A stretch of DNA of 64,000 nt from assembly GCA_963705305.1 (NCBI GenBank), contig OY970067.1:5088001-5152000 (forward strand), in the 5' to 3' direction. Source of the DNA: an uncultured Methylomirabilota bacterium (GTDB lineage: Bacteria; Methylomirabilota; Methylomirabilia; Methylomirabilales; 2-02-FULL-66-22). Positions 32,573-43,232 of the stretch are shown one piece after another. The position numbers and the translations under genes were made by a program. Each line of letters opens with the position of its first letter. Position 1 is the first letter of the stretch. The notes under the pieces are model-generated. The model did no database searches. It had not been told where the DNA came from and worked only from the letters and a program-made list of their open reading frames with translations.

Positions 32573-35278
32573 TCACCGCCGAATGCTCCGTTTTCCCGGT
32601 CCGTCCGTCAATGACCGGGGCCCGTCGTTTCGAGCCTCGGGGGGAAAGGCCTGCGCGAACCGACTGCGCACGAAGCGCAGCTCGTCGTCCCGGCTCTGGA
32701 CATGGCCGTCCAGCCTGGCGTACAGGAGGGAGTTCAGGATGTCCCGGTAGATGGGGCCGGGCCTGAGTCCCAGCGCGCGCAGGTCGTCCCCCGTCAAGAG
32801 CGACCGCACCCGCTGCGTCGTGCCCAGGAATTCGCCCATAGGCTTCCTCAGATCCGGGCGTTCTTCGTGGGACATGAGGGCCAGGATGGCCTCCAGCGAC
32901 GAGTCGGAGAGCCAGCGGTACACGCGGCTGGGCGGCAGCTCCCGCGCCCGATGGAAGTTGCGCGCCAGCCAGCGGAGGCGGGCCAGGTCCTGGCTCATGC
33001 GGTTGGCGAACCGCTGCGGAGGGGCCAGCCGCCGCAGGACGGATCGCGCCTCCGCCGGCCGCCGCTGCCACAAGAGCGTCAGGAAATAGACCAGCCAGAC
33101 GCTGGGCTGCTCCGGCTGATACAGCATCCCGTACCACGTGAGGACCTCCCCCACCCGCCGGAGGCCGGGGCCGACGGACGCCTCCAGGGCGAGGAGGGGG
33201 TGAATCGCCCCCAGGACCCTCAGCTTCTCCAGCCGCTCCAGGATCGGCACGGGCTGCGGTTCTTGCAGGATCAGCTGGAGCTCGCTGAACAGCCGAAGGC
33301 CGGCGACCTTGTCCAGCAGCCCCATCTGCACCGCATTGGCCGAGAGCTGTTCCGCATGCCGGCCCAGGGTGAATCCGAAGCGGATCTCGAAGCGCGCCGC
33401 CCGGAGGATCCGGGTGGGGTCCTCGACGAAGCTCAGGTTGTGGATGATCCTGAGCGTCCGGTCCCGCAGGTCCTGCTGGCCGCCGAAGAAGTCCAGGAGC
33501 TCGCCGTACCGCTCTGCGTTCAGGCAGACGGCCAACGCGTTCACGGTGAAATCCCGGCGGTACAGGTCCATCTTGATGGATCCGTGTTCCACCGTGGGCA
33601 GCGCCGCGGGATACTCGTAGTACTCGGTGCGGGCCGTGGCCACGTCCATCTTGAAGCCGTCCGGCAGGCTGAGCACCGCCGTGCCGAACTTCCGGTGGCT
33701 GGTGACCTTGGCCTGGAGGCGCCGCCCCAGCGCCTCGGCGAAGGCGATGCCATCTCCCTCCACGACCACGTCCACGTCCAGGTTCTGGTGCCGCAGCAGG
33801 AGGTCCCGCACGAATCCGCCCACGGCGTACACCCGCGCCCCGGCCGCGTCCCCCACCCCGCCCGCCAGCCGGAGCAGGGACTGGATGCGGGGCGGCAGGG
33901 AGTTGGCCAGCAGGTTGGCCACGTTGCGCGAGACCGCCTCGGTGGGCTCGCGGTCGTCCGCCGTCTGGAAGGTCGGGCGCTTCAGCAGATCCTCGTGGAC
34001 GTGGCGCAGCAGGTCGGCCCGCGTCACCGCCCCCCGCAGCCGCTGTCCTTCCACGACCGGCAGGAACCCCACGTTGCGCTCCACCATCAGCCGCTGCACC
34101 TGCGGCAGCGGGTCGCGGGGCGCCACCCGGGGAAACTCGCTGCTCATGTAGTCGTGGACCGGCGCTCCGGCCAGGCCGTGGAACATGGCCTTGTCCACGA
34201 CCTCGCGGGTGAGGAGGCCCACCATCTCGCCCCGGCGGATAACGGGCAGGTAGGCCAGGTTGAACCGGTTCATGAGCTCCGCCGCCCCCTGGATGGTGAA
34301 CCGCTCCGGGATGGCCTTGACCGGAGCCGTCATGATGTCCTGAGCCTGTCGCAGGGGACGGACCATGGTCTTCAGGGACTGGAGCAGCCGCTCTTTCACC
34401 TGGTAGAGAGTCAGGTCCTTGATGGTGGCCGCGGCCGCCGTCGCGTGCCCGCCCCCGCCAAAGACCTCCACGATCTGCCCCACGTCCACCGTCTCCAGCC
34501 GGCTGCGCGCCACCAGGTGCACCCGGTTGTCCATGCGGACTAGCGTGAACAGGACGTTGATGTTCTCCATGTCCCGTAGCTTGTGGGCCAGCACGGCCAG
34601 GTCGCCGACGTAGCGGTCCAGGGACGCCGTGCTGACGACGACGCGCACGCCGTTGACCGTGTACGTCTCGGCGGACCGGATGAGCTCGTTCAGGAGCCCC
34701 ACCTGCTCGGCCGACAGCTCGCGCCGGACGAACTCCGAGACCAGCGTCAGGTTGGCCCCCCGGGAGAGACAGTAGGCGGCGGCGTGCAGGTCGGCTTCGG
34801 TGGTGTTGCTGAAGGTGAGGAGGCCGGTCTCCTCGTAGATGCCCAGCGCCAGCAGGGAGGCCTCCTGCGGGGTCAGCGGGGCCTGCTGCTCGCGGAGCAG
34901 ATCCAGCAGGATGGTGGTGGTGGCCCCGACCTCCCGGAGCACCTCCAGGCTGCCGCCGATGTCCTTGGGGTGGGCCGGATGGTGGTCGTAGATGTGGACC
35001 TCGACCCCGGATCTCGCCGCCACCTCGCGCAGCACGCCGATCCGCGTCAGGCGCTTCACGTCCACCAGGACGAGGCGGGTGATCTCGTCCAGGGGGAATC
35101 CTCGCAGGCGCTCGGCTCGAAGCGGGAAGCGGGTCTCGCGCAGGAACTCGCGCACGTTCCGCTCCTGCGCGCCGGGAAAGAGCAGGCGGGCCTTCGGATA
35201 GAGTTTCGACGCGGCCACCATCGAGGCCAGCCCGTCGAAATCCGCCTGGATGTGCGTGCAGATGACTTCCACAGCCAT
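32573..35278 (-). CDS. DHH-DHHA1-CBS tRNA nucleotidyltransferase (CCA/A-adding type)
   Basis: THIQADFDG, YDHH, GGGHATAA, CBS pair, VGGFVRD..DVD, RRDFTVNA, EDPTRILRA. Confidence 0.9.
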   Translation of the reverse strand: MAVEVICTHIQADFDGLASMVAASKLYPKARLLFPGAQERNVREFLRETRFPLRAERLRGFPLDEITRLVLVDVKRLTRIGVLREVAARSGVEVHIYDHHPAHPKDIGGSLEVLREVGATTTILLDLLREQQAPLTPQEASLLALGIYEETGLLTFSNTTEADLHAAAYCLSRGANLTLVSEFVRRELSAEQVGLLNELIRSAETYTVNGVRVVVSTASLDRYVGDLAVLAHKLRDMENINVLFTLVRMDNRVHLVARSRLETVDVGQIVEVFGGGGHATAAAATIKDLTLYQVKERLLQSLKTMVRPLRQAQDIMTAPVKAIPERFTIQGAAELMNRFNLAYLPVIRRGEMVGLLTREVVDKAMFHGLAGAPVHDYMSSEFPRVAPRDPLPQVQRLMVERNVGFLPVVEGQRLRGAVTRADLLRHVHEDLLKRPTFQTADDREPTEAVSRNVANLLANSLPPRIQSLLRLAGGVGDAAGARVYAVGGFVRDLLLRHQNLDVDVVVEGDGIAFAEALGRRLQAKVTSHRKFGTAVLSLPDGFKMDVATARTEYYEYPAALPTVEHGSIKMDLYRRDFTVNALAVCLNAERYGELLDFFGGQQDLRDRTLRIIHNLSFVEDPTRILRAARFEIRFGFTLGRHAEQLSANAVQMGLLDKVAGLRLFSELQLILQEPQPVPILERLEKLRVLGAIHPLLALEASVGPGLRRVGEVLTWYGMLYQPEQPSVWLVYFLTLLWQRRPAEARSVLRRLAPPQRFANRMSQDLARLRWLARNFHRARELPPSRVYRWLSDSSLEAILALMSHEERPDLRKPMGEFLGTTQRVRSLLTGDDLRALGLRPGPIYRDILNSLLYARLDGHVQSRDDELRFVRSRFAQAFPPEARNDGPRSLTDGPGKRSIRR

Positions 35279-35390
35279 GCGTCCCCGGCAACCCGCGTTC
35301 CCCCCGGTCGAGGAGGGACATGCTCCTGGCCGGCCCCGACCGCCGGAGCGGCCCCGTGCGCCGCTTCCGGAGGCCGGCAGGTGCCCGCCC

Positions 35391-36241
35391 TCAGCCCGGC
35401 GGGGGCGGCCCCCCCGGTCCAGGATATCCGCCAGCATGCCCCCCAGGAGCATAATGATGGCGGTGTAGAAGATCCAGAGGATCACCCCGATGAAGCCGCC
35501 CAGGATTCCGTAGAAGAGGTTGTAGCGGGCGTAGTGGGTGAGGTACCAGTTGAAGGCCACCTTGGCCTGGTGCCAGAGGAGCGCGGCGACGGTCCCGCCG
35601 GCCATGGCGGCGGGCCAGCGGATCTCCCGCACCGGCGCGATCCGGTACATGATGGTGAGGAGGATGCCCATCAGGATCGAGGCCAGGTAGCGTGGGAAAT
35701 CCTGATGGGACAGGAACACGGGAAGGGCGACATGCGTCCCCAGCAGCTCCTGGATGTTGGACCAGGCCACCAGGACCCATCCTCCCATCAGCGCGACCAG
35801 CAGCAGAAAGCCGACGGTGCACATCAGGACCAGGGCCACCAGCTTCCGTCTGAAGAACGAGCGCGTATCGCGGCCGTCCGTCAGCTGTGTCAAGGAGGTG
35901 GCGATGATGTCGAAGACCCCCATGGCCACCCAAATGAGAAAGCCGATCCCCAGGACCCCCGTGACGTGCCGGCTGCGGATCAGGGTGGTGAGAAACCGCT
36001 CCACGTCCGGCCCGGTTCCGCGCGGGATGAACCGCCGGGCGGCCGACAGGATCTCCACGACCCCCCGGTCGGAGGATCCCAGCAGATAGCCGACGGCCGA
36101 CGTTCCCAGGAGCAGCAGGGGGATGAAGGCGAGCAGCCAGTAGAAAGAGATGGCGGCCGCCATCATCATCAGGTCGTGCGTCCGCAGGCGCCGGATGATC
36201 TCCCCGACGACCCGCCGCAGCCATCCCGGTCGCGCTGCCAT
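35391..36241 (-). CDS. YihY/BrkB family membrane protein (as given, reads in frame into the nucleotidyltransferase; 3' end inferred)
   Basis: AAAISFY, six TM helices, YN.FYG.LGG motif; an out-of-frame TGA at 35391-35393 follows G/C homopolymers. Confidence 0.8.
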
Positions 36242-36297
36242 GCGCCCTCCCACCCGGACCAGCAGCCCAACAGCGAACCGAAAGGTTTGTCCCCCTG

Positions 36298-36441
36298 AGG
36301 CTGCTCAAAAAGGCCCAGATGCAAGGCGCCGTGCGATCCGAGGCGCGAGGCGTACTTTGCACGTACGTCGCAGCGCCGCGGGAGCGCGCGGGTACCCGGC
36401 CGTAGGCTGGGTGTCCGCAGATGGGACTTTTTCAGCAGCCT
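36298..36441 (+). mobile_element. MITE-like element family 1, copy 4
   Basis: AGGCTGCTCAAAAAGG ... CTTTTTCAGCAGCCT; closest to copy 5. Confidence 0.8.
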
Positions 36442-36599
36442 ACTAAGCATAGTGCATCCCTTCGGCTAGCTGCAAGCGCTACTCGCTCGCCGCTCCGCCA
36501 ACCGCGAATGGGCGTCCAAGAGGTCGTCGGCCTGCTTGCGCCCCGGATGGCCATATGGTAGCGTACCACCAACCGACCATCGCTGCGGAGGAGGGTCCC

Positions 36600-36908
36600 A
36601 TGGGTCAAGCGGCGTTGATCTTCTCCCTGATCCTGGCCATCATCGTCGCAGTGTTCGCTATCCAGAACGCCGGCCCGGTGACGCTCCGCTTCGGCTTCTG
36701 GTCGATCGAGACGTTGCTCGTCGTCGTGATCCTGGTGGCCGCGGCCCTGGGGGCGGCCATGGCGTCGGTGCTGGGGCTCCCCGGCTGGATTCGCGACCGT
36801 CGCCGCCTCCGCGCGCAGACCCGAGAGCTGGAGCGCCTGCGCGCCGCCCGTTCGGGAGAACTGGCGGGGGCGTCGGAGTCCAAGCCCTCCGCTCCGCCTC
36901 CCGTCTGA
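36600..36908 (+). CDS. LapA family (DUF1049) membrane protein
   Basis: AVFAIQN..PVTLRF motif, two TM helices, coiled tail. Confidence 0.82.
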   Translation: MGQAALIFSLILAIIVAVFAIQNAGPVTLRFGFWSIETLLVVVILVAAALGAAMASVLGLPGWIRDRRRLRAQTRELERLRAARSGELAGASESKPSAPPPV

Positions 36909-36916
36909 GTCGCCGC

Positions 36917-38551
36917 ATGCGTATCGCCACCAAGCTGACGCTCCTCTTGCTGCTTGCCGTGGCCGTGGTCATGATCGGCTTCGGCTATCTCCGCACCCAG
37001 GAGGAGCGGCAGCGGCTGATCGCCGAATTCCAGCAGGAGGTCCTGATCTTGGGCAGCGCCCTCAAGCTGACCGCAGAGCACGCCTTGCGGGACCGCCAAC
37101 CCCAGGACATCCAGCAGCTGTTGACCGAGATGGTCGGGGAACCCAATCCGGTCGATCGCATCCTGATCCTGGACCGCCGCCTCCAGGACATCAGCAGCGC
37201 CGCCTCGCCCATCGCCCCCGCCCTGACCGTCCCGCGGGCCGAGCTGGAGCAGGTGCTCGCGACGGGCCGGCCGCTGGTCCGCTACGTGGATGCACAGCCG
37301 CGCCCGGCGGCGTACGCCATCCTGCCGCTCCATACCCGCCGCGGCTCGATCATCGGCCTCCTCGAGGTGGTGCGCGTGGCCACCCATGTTCAGCGACAGA
37401 TCGAAGCCGTCGTGTACGACCAGGTGCTGCGTCTGAGTCTGCTCAGCCTGACCATCGCCTTGGTCATCTGGCTGACCGTCCGCATCGGCATCCGGCGGCC
37501 GGTCGGGCAACTGGTGGCGCTCTCCCTCAGTTTCGGCCGGGGCGATCTCAGCCAGCGGATTCCGCTTCGGCGCCGCGACGAGATCGGCCGGCTGGCCTCG
37601 GCGTTCAACCGCATGGCGGAGGACCTGCAGGCGGCCCGCCACAAGCTGTTGGAGGAAGCGCAGGGGCGCCTGGATCTGGAGCGGCAGGTCCTGCAGGCCC
37701 AGAAGCTGGCCGCCGTGGGGCGGTTGGCCAGCGAGGTCGCCCACGAGATCGGCACCCCGCTGAACATCATCTCGGGCCGGGCCGAGAGCATCCAGAAGCG
37801 CCTGCCGGAGGAGCACCCGGCTTCGCGCCACGTCGCCATCATCCTCCGCCAAATCGAGCGGATCAGCGGCATCATCCGCCAGCTGCTCGAATACACCCGC
37901 CCGCGACGCCTGGAGCTGCGCCCCGTGGAGGTCGGCCCCATGCTGGACCGCACCGCCGACCTGCTGGAGCCGCTGGCCCGCCGCCGCCAGGTCCAGCTTG
38001 TGGTCCGGACGGCCGACAGGCTGCCCCCGATCCTGGCGGATCCCGATCAGCTCCAGCAGGTTCTGCTCAACCTGGTCACCAACGCCCTGGATGCCACGGC
38101 AGCGGGCGGCCAGGTGCGGCTGACGGCCGACGCGGAGACCTCCGAGCCGCCCCCGGCCGACGCCGACGGCCCCGCCCACATCGTCCGCGGCGGGACGAAC
38201 GGTCCGTGCGTGACCCTTCGCGTCGCCGACACGGGGTGCGGGATCGAGTCCGAGCAGCTCCAGCGGATCTTCGAGCCGTTCTTCTCGACCAAGGGACGGG
38301 AAGAAGGCACCGGCCTCGGCCTGCCCATCGTCGAGGACATCGTGCGCTCCCACCACGGCGCCATCCGGGTCCAGAGTCTGAAGGACCGGGGAACGACCGT
38401 CTCACTGTTCTGGCCCCTGGCGGCGGGAGCGCCGCCCGGCAGCGCCGAGGCGGCTGCCCCAATCCCGGGGGACCGGGGCTTGGACCACCCGGCGGACCGC
38501 CCCCCGGACCGGCGGCAACAACACTCCGGAGTCGTCAATGGCAGCAGGTGA
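36917..38551 (+). CDS. HAMP-domain sensor histidine kinase
   Basis: DEIGRLA.AFN, AHEIGTPLN, NLVTNA, DTGCG, FFSTK, GTGLGL. Confidence 0.93.
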   Translation: MRIATKLTLLLLLAVAVVMIGFGYLRTQEERQRLIAEFQQEVLILGSALKLTAEHALRDRQPQDIQQLLTEMVGEPNPVDRILILDRRLQDISSAASPIAPALTVPRAELEQVLATGRPLVRYVDAQPRPAAYAILPLHTRRGSIIGLLEVVRVATHVQRQIEAVVYDQVLRLSLLSLTIALVIWLTVRIGIRRPVGQLVALSLSFGRGDLSQRIPLRRRDEIGRLASAFNRMAEDLQAARHKLLEEAQGRLDLERQVLQAQKLAAVGRLASEVAHEIGTPLNIISGRAESIQKRLPEEHPASRHVAIILRQIERISGIIRQLLEYTRPRRLELRPVEVGPMLDRTADLLEPLARRRQVQLVVRTADRLPPILADPDQLQQVLLNLVTNALDATAAGGQVRLTADAETSEPPPADADGPAHIVRGGTNGPCVTLRVADTGCGIESEQLQRIFEPFFSTKGREEGTGLGLPIVEDIVRSHHGAIRVQSLKDRGTTVSLFWPLAAGAPPGSAEAAAPIPGDRGLDHPADRPPDRRQQHSGVVNGSR

Positions 38552-39929
38552 CCGCCCCCAGATACTGATCGTCGAGGACGACCCCGAGATGCTGGCCCTC
38601 GTTTCGGAGCACCTGGAGGATGAGGGACACGAAGTCGTCGGCAGCCGGCATGGCGCCGAGGCCATCGCCATCCTCCGCACCCGGCGGTTCGACTCGGTGC
38701 TGAGCGACCTGCGCATGCCCGGGGTGGATGGGATGGAGGTGCTCAAGGCCGCCCGCGAGCTCCAGCCTGACACCCCCGTCATCCTGATCACCGCGTTCGG
38801 CACCATCGAGACCGCCATCCAGGCCATCCGTCAAGGGGCCTTCGACTATGTGACCAAACCCTTCTCCCTGGACGAGATCGGCTTGCTGGTGGGCAAGGCC
38901 CTGGAGCACCGGCGCCTGCGCGAGGAGAATCGCCGGCTGCGCGAGGAGGTGGCGGGTCGATACCGCCTCCACAACCTGCTGGCCGTCAGCCCGATCATGC
39001 AGGGGGTCTTCGCGCTGATCCGCCAGGCCGCCCCGGGCGACGCCAACGTGCTGATCGCCGGAGAGAGCGGCACGGGAAAGGAGCTGGTCGCCAAGGCCAT
39101 CCATTATAACAGCCCCCGCGCCGAGCGGCCCTTCGTCCCGGTCAACTGCGCGGCGATGCCGGCGGGCCTGCTCGAGAGCGAGCTCTTCGGCCATGTGAAG
39201 GGGGCCTTCACCGGCGCCGTCGGAACCCGGCGAGGCCTCTTCCGCGAAGCCGCCGGGGGCACCCTCTTCCTGGACGAGATCGGGGACATGCCCCCCGAAC
39301 TGCAATCGAAGCTCCTGCGCGCCATCGAGGATCGCGCCGTGCGCCCGGTGGGAAGCGACGAGACGGTGCCGGTGGACCTCCGCCTGGTGGCGGCAAGCAA
39401 CAAGGATCTGGCCGCGCGAATCCGCGAGGGGCAGTTCCGGGAAGATCTCTACTACCGGCTGGCCGTCATTCCCGTCACCCTGCCCCCCCTGCGCGAGCGC
39501 CGCGAGGACATCCCGCTCTTGGCCGAGCATTTCCTGCGCCGCGCCTTGGAGAGTGCCGGGAAGCGGGGGATTGCGTTCACCCCCGAGGCCATGGCCGCTA
39601 TGCTTCGCCACCCCTGGCCCGGCAACGTCCGCGAGCTGGAGAACGTGGTGGAGCGGGCGGTCACCCTGACGGTCGGGGATCGAGTGTCGCCGCAGGCCCT
39701 GCTCCTGGATGCCTCGCCGGCGCCGGCCCCCGGCAGCCTGCTGGCGCACATGGCCGGCCGCCCCAGCCTGCAGCAGCTGGCGGATGAGTACACGACCCTG
39801 GTGCTGCGGGAGACCGGAGGGGACAAGGCCAAGGCGGCTGAGATCCTCAAGGTCAGCAAGCGCACCCTCTACCGATGGGAAAAGCACGCCCCCGAGGGAG
39901 ACGCCCCCTCGGAGGATCGGAGCATCTGA
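38538..39929 (+). CDS. Sigma54-dependent response regulator (NtrC/AtoC family)
   Basis: Receiver domain, GESGTGKE, GAFTGA, WPGNVREL, Fis-type HTH. Confidence 0.95.
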   Translation: MAAGDRPQILIVEDDPEMLALVSEHLEDEGHEVVGSRHGAEAIAILRTRRFDSVLSDLRMPGVDGMEVLKAARELQPDTPVILITAFGTIETAIQAIRQGAFDYVTKPFSLDEIGLLVGKALEHRRLREENRRLREEVAGRYRLHNLLAVSPIMQGVFALIRQAAPGDANVLIAGESGTGKELVAKAIHYNSPRAERPFVPVNCAAMPAGLLESELFGHVKGAFTGAVGTRRGLFREAAGGTLFLDEIGDMPPELQSKLLRAIEDRAVRPVGSDETVPVDLRLVAASNKDLAARIREGQFREDLYYRLAVIPVTLPPLRERREDIPLLAEHFLRRALESAGKRGIAFTPEAMAAMLRHPWPGNVRELENVVERAVTLTVGDRVSPQALLLDASPAPAPGSLLAHMAGRPSLQQLADEYTTLVLRETGGDKAKAAEILKVSKRTLYRWEKHAPEGDAPSEDRSI

Positions 39930-40242
39930 CTCCCATTCTCGTGCGTTCGTCCTCGATGTTCGATCTGCCAGCCAGATCCTGGGTGGTCTCCAAGGCCAGG
40001 CAAACACCTCTTCGGCTCCCTCTCATCCCATGCCGTGACAGCGTGTCCCGGCTTAAGACACCATGACTTACCTTTATGTTTCTCGCTAGTTATCATTGGC
40101 TCTCCCGATGACAACCGGGCCATCTTTGCCAACTTTTCATCAAGTCACCTTGCGCGCCTGGCAGTGCCAGTACGAATCCAAGACCATCTAACTGATTGTC
40201 ACTCAACCGCTTGACGGCAATCCGGCCGGGCAAGGTGCCGGA

Positions 40243-40258
40243 CGGCACCGACATTGCT
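40243..40258 (+). promoter_or_regulatory. Putative sigma54 -24/-12 promoter
   Basis: CGGCAC-CGACA-TTGCT, downstream of the sigma54 activator gene and upstream of the glucan cluster. Confidence 0.65.
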
Positions 40259-40338
40259 GAAAAACTGGAAAGGGGAGGGAGTGTCGCTTCCGGCAGTTAG
40301 GAGGGAGGGACTGCTCGAGCGCGCCGTGGGAATGATCG

Positions 40339-40779
40339 ATGTGCAGTGCAGCATACAACCGTGGGAGTGAGGATCCTCCGCGGGCGCGCATCCTGGTGGT
40401 GGATGACGACGGGGAGATGCGGGACCTGCTCGCGGAGATCCTGGCGGATGAGGGGTATGGCGCCGAGCAGGCCGCCGACGGCGCCGAGGCGCTCAGCCGC
40501 CTGCGCCAGCAGCCATTCGCGGCCGTCATCATGGACAAGAATATGCCGGGAGTGAACGGCCTGGACTTGCTTCCGGGCCTGCGAGCGCTCTGCCCGCGCA
40601 CTCCTGTCATCCTGATCAGCGCGTTCGGCGATGCCGGCTCCTTTGTGGATGCTCTTCGCGAGGGGGCGTACGAATTCCTGTTCAAGCCGTTCCGGATCGA
40701 GGAGCTATTGCGTGTTGTGCGGCAGGCGCTGGCGTCGGTCGAGCCCGTGCCGCCGCCCCTCCCCCGTGAGGCCGCGTGA
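40339..40779 (+). CDS. Single-domain response regulator
   Basis: VVDDD, MDKNMPG, FKPF; start uncertain. Confidence 0.85.
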   Translation: MCSAAYNRGSEDPPRARILVVDDDGEMRDLLAEILADEGYGAEQAADGAEALSRLRQQPFAAVIMDKNMPGVNGLDLLPGLRALCPRTPVILISAFGDAGSFVDALREGAYEFLFKPFRIEELLRVVRQALASVEPVPPPLPREAA

Positions 40780-40849
40780 GCTTACGCTGATTCCGCCCTG
40801 CCGCCCGGTCGCGGGCAGCAGGCACTGCGTCCCATCCCAGGAGGATGCC

Positions 40850-41221
40850 ATGAACGCCACCACTCGGTCCCATCTCGAGCAGTTGGCCCAGGAGGCTCGT
40901 GAGGTCCAGCGGCAGGTCTCCGCCTTGCGCCGTCAGCGGCAGACCCGGGTGGCCGCCCCGGAGCTGCCTGAAGAGCGCTGGCCCAACTTCTACGACGCCG
41001 CGCTGACGGCATCCCTGGAGCAGCACAACGAGGCCGTGCGGGAGCGCCTGGCAGATAAGAGCCGCGCCCTGGCCGAGGTGGAGGAATGCGTCCGGGAGGG
41101 CACCTACGGCCTCTGCCGCGCCTGCGGGTGTCGCATCCCGAGCCGGCGGCTCCGCGCGATGCCCACGGCCGTCCTGTGCGTCTCCTGCCAGGAAAAACAG
41201 GAGGCCGGGCGCCGGCTGTGA
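40850..41221 (+). CDS. TraR/DksA C4-type zinc finger protein
   Basis: Coiled coil then EGTYGLCRACG.RIP.RRL.AMP.A.LCVSCQ; AGGAGG RBS. Confidence 0.85.
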   Translation: MNATTRSHLEQLAQEAREVQRQVSALRRQRQTRVAAPELPEERWPNFYDAALTASLEQHNEAVRERLADKSRALAEVEECVREGTYGLCRACGCRIPSRRLRAMPTAVLCVSCQEKQEAGRRL

Positions 41222-41232
41222 AAAACTCTTCA

Positions 41233-41314
41233 ACCGCCATGACGCCAAGGGCACCCCTTTCAATTTCGAAATTCGAATTTCGGAATTCGAATTGTTCCTT
41301 GGCGGCTTGGCGGT
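41233..41314. repeat. Long imperfect hairpin enclosing TTCGAA-type heptamer repeats
   Basis: ACCGCCATGACGCCAAGG ... CCTTGGCGGCTTGGCGGT arms around TTTCGAA ATTCGAA TTTCGGA ATTCGAA. Confidence 0.6.
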
Positions 41315-41354
41315 GAGATAATTTCGGAATGGGGGTGAGGAGGAAGGAAACAGG

Positions 41355-43232
41355 ATGCGGCTGTCGGCCGACGGCTACGGCGCCGCCTGCCTCCCCGGCG
41401 GCGGCGTCCGGTTTCGGGTGTGGGCGCCGCGCTGTCGGAGCGTGGCGGTCCGCCTGCTGAGCCCGGGCCTGCGCGAGCCTGTCCCCATGCGGCGCCTCCG
41501 GGACGGCTGGTTCCAGGCCATCCTGCCGGACCTGGGGGCGGGCACGCGCTACGTCTACCTGCTGGATGGGGAGCGCGAACGACCCGACCCGGCCTCGCGG
41601 GCCCTGCCGGAGGGGGTGCACGGCCCGTCCGAGGTCGTGGATCCCGCCGCCTTCCCCTGGACCGACACGGGCTGGCGGGGCATCTGCCTGCCCGAGATGG
41701 CGATCTACGAGCTGCACGTGGGCACCTTCACCCCCGAGGGCACTTTCGAGGCCGCGATCCCCCGCCTGGAGCGTCTGAAGGCGATGGGCGTCACGGCGAT
41801 CGAGCTCATGCCGGCGGCCAGCTTCCCCGGGAGCCGCAACTGGGGTTACGACGGCGTGGGCCTCTTCGCTCCCCAGCGAACGTACGGTGGACCCGAGGGA
41901 CTCCGCCGCCTGGTCGATGCCTGCCACGCCTGCGGCTTGGCGGTGGTGATGGATGTGGTGTACAACCACCTGGGCCCGGAGGGAAATTACCTGGCCGAGT
42001 TCGGCCCCTACTTCACCGATCGGTACCATATCCCCTGGGGCCAGGCCGTCAATTACGATGGGGAGGAATCCCGGGGCGTCCGGGACTTCGTCATCGCCAA
42101 CGCCCTGTTCTGGGTCCGGGAATACCACGTCGACAGCCTCCGGCTGGACGCCATCCACGGCATCTTCGACGCCAGTCCGGTTCACATCCTGCGCGAGCTG
42201 AATGCGGCGGTGCAGCGGCTGGCCCGCCGCCTGGGCCGGATCGTCCCGGTCGTGGCCGAGAGCGACCTGAACGATCGCCGGGTGATCGATCCGGTGCGGA
42301 AGGGCGGCTACGGTCTGGCGGGCCAGTGGAGTGACGACTTTCACCACTGTGTCCACACGCTGCTTACGGGGGAGCGCGTCGGCTACTACGCCGACTTCGG
42401 CTCTCTGCCCCAGCTGGCCAAGGCCTACACGCATGGGTTCGTATTCGACGGACAGCCCTCCGTCTTCCGCGGGCGGGCCCACGGGACGCCCACCCGCGAC
42501 ATCCCGGGCGAGCGATTCGTCGTCTGCACCCAGAACCACGACCAGATCGGCAACCGCGCCCAGGGAGAGCGGCTGTACTCCCTGGTCTGTTTCGACCGGG
42601 CCAAGCTGGCGGCGGCGGCGATGTTTCTGTCGCCATACGTCCCTCTCCTCTTCATGGGGCAGGAATACGCCGAGCGGGCCCCCTTCCTGTTCTTCACCGA
42701 TTTCGGGGATCCGGCCCTGCAGGCCGCCGTGACCCGGGGACGACGGGAAGAGTTCAAGACTTTTGGCTGGACGGATGACGTCCCGGACCCGCAGGACCCG
42801 GTGAGCTTCGCGCGATCCACGCTGACCTGGGACCTGCAGTGGCAAGAGCCGCATTCCTGGATGTGGCACTACTGCCAGACCCTCCTGGCCCTTCGGCGGA
42901 CGCATCCCGCGCTGGGCGTCGGAGGGAAGTCCCGGCTGAAAGCCGTGTGCATGGACGATCGGACTCTGCTACTATGGCGTAAGGGGGCAAATCGGTCGGC
43001 GGCCCTGATCGTCTTCCACTTCGGTCCGGAGGGGCGGACGCTGCACGTTGCGGTCCCGCCGGGCTCGTGGACTCGACTCCTCGACAGCGCCGAGGAGCAA
43101 TTCGGCGGTTTGGGGACCAATAGCCCGACCGAGCTCCGGCCGGGACGCGCAGACTGGGCGGAGATCCCGGTGGCCGGATACCAGGCGATGGTGTATCTCC
43201 GCGAAGCCGCGGCGACGGCCGGGAAAAGATGA
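41355..43232 (+). CDS. treZ: Malto-oligosyltrehalose trehalohydrolase
   Basis: FRVWAP, YELHVGTF, RNWGYDG, LRLDAIH, QNHDQIGNR, LFMGQEY. Confidence 0.93.
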   Translation: MRLSADGYGAACLPGGGVRFRVWAPRCRSVAVRLLSPGLREPVPMRRLRDGWFQAILPDLGAGTRYVYLLDGERERPDPASRALPEGVHGPSEVVDPAAFPWTDTGWRGICLPEMAIYELHVGTFTPEGTFEAAIPRLERLKAMGVTAIELMPAASFPGSRNWGYDGVGLFAPQRTYGGPEGLRRLVDACHACGLAVVMDVVYNHLGPEGNYLAEFGPYFTDRYHIPWGQAVNYDGEESRGVRDFVIANALFWVREYHVDSLRLDAIHGIFDASPVHILRELNAAVQRLARRLGRIVPVVAESDLNDRRVIDPVRKGGYGLAGQWSDDFHHCVHTLLTGERVGYYADFGSLPQLAKAYTHGFVFDGQPSVFRGRAHGTPTRDIPGERFVVCTQNHDQIGNRAQGERLYSLVCFDRAKLAAAAMFLSPYVPLLFMGQEYAERAPFLFFTDFGDPALQAAVTRGRREEFKTFGWTDDVPDPQDPVSFARSTLTWDLQWQEPHSWMWHYCQTLLALRRTHPALGVGGKSRLKAVCMDDRTLLLWRKGANRSAALIVFHFGPEGRTLHVAVPPGSWTRLLDSAEEQFGGLGTNSPTELRPGRADWAEIPVAGYQAMVYLREAAATAGKR

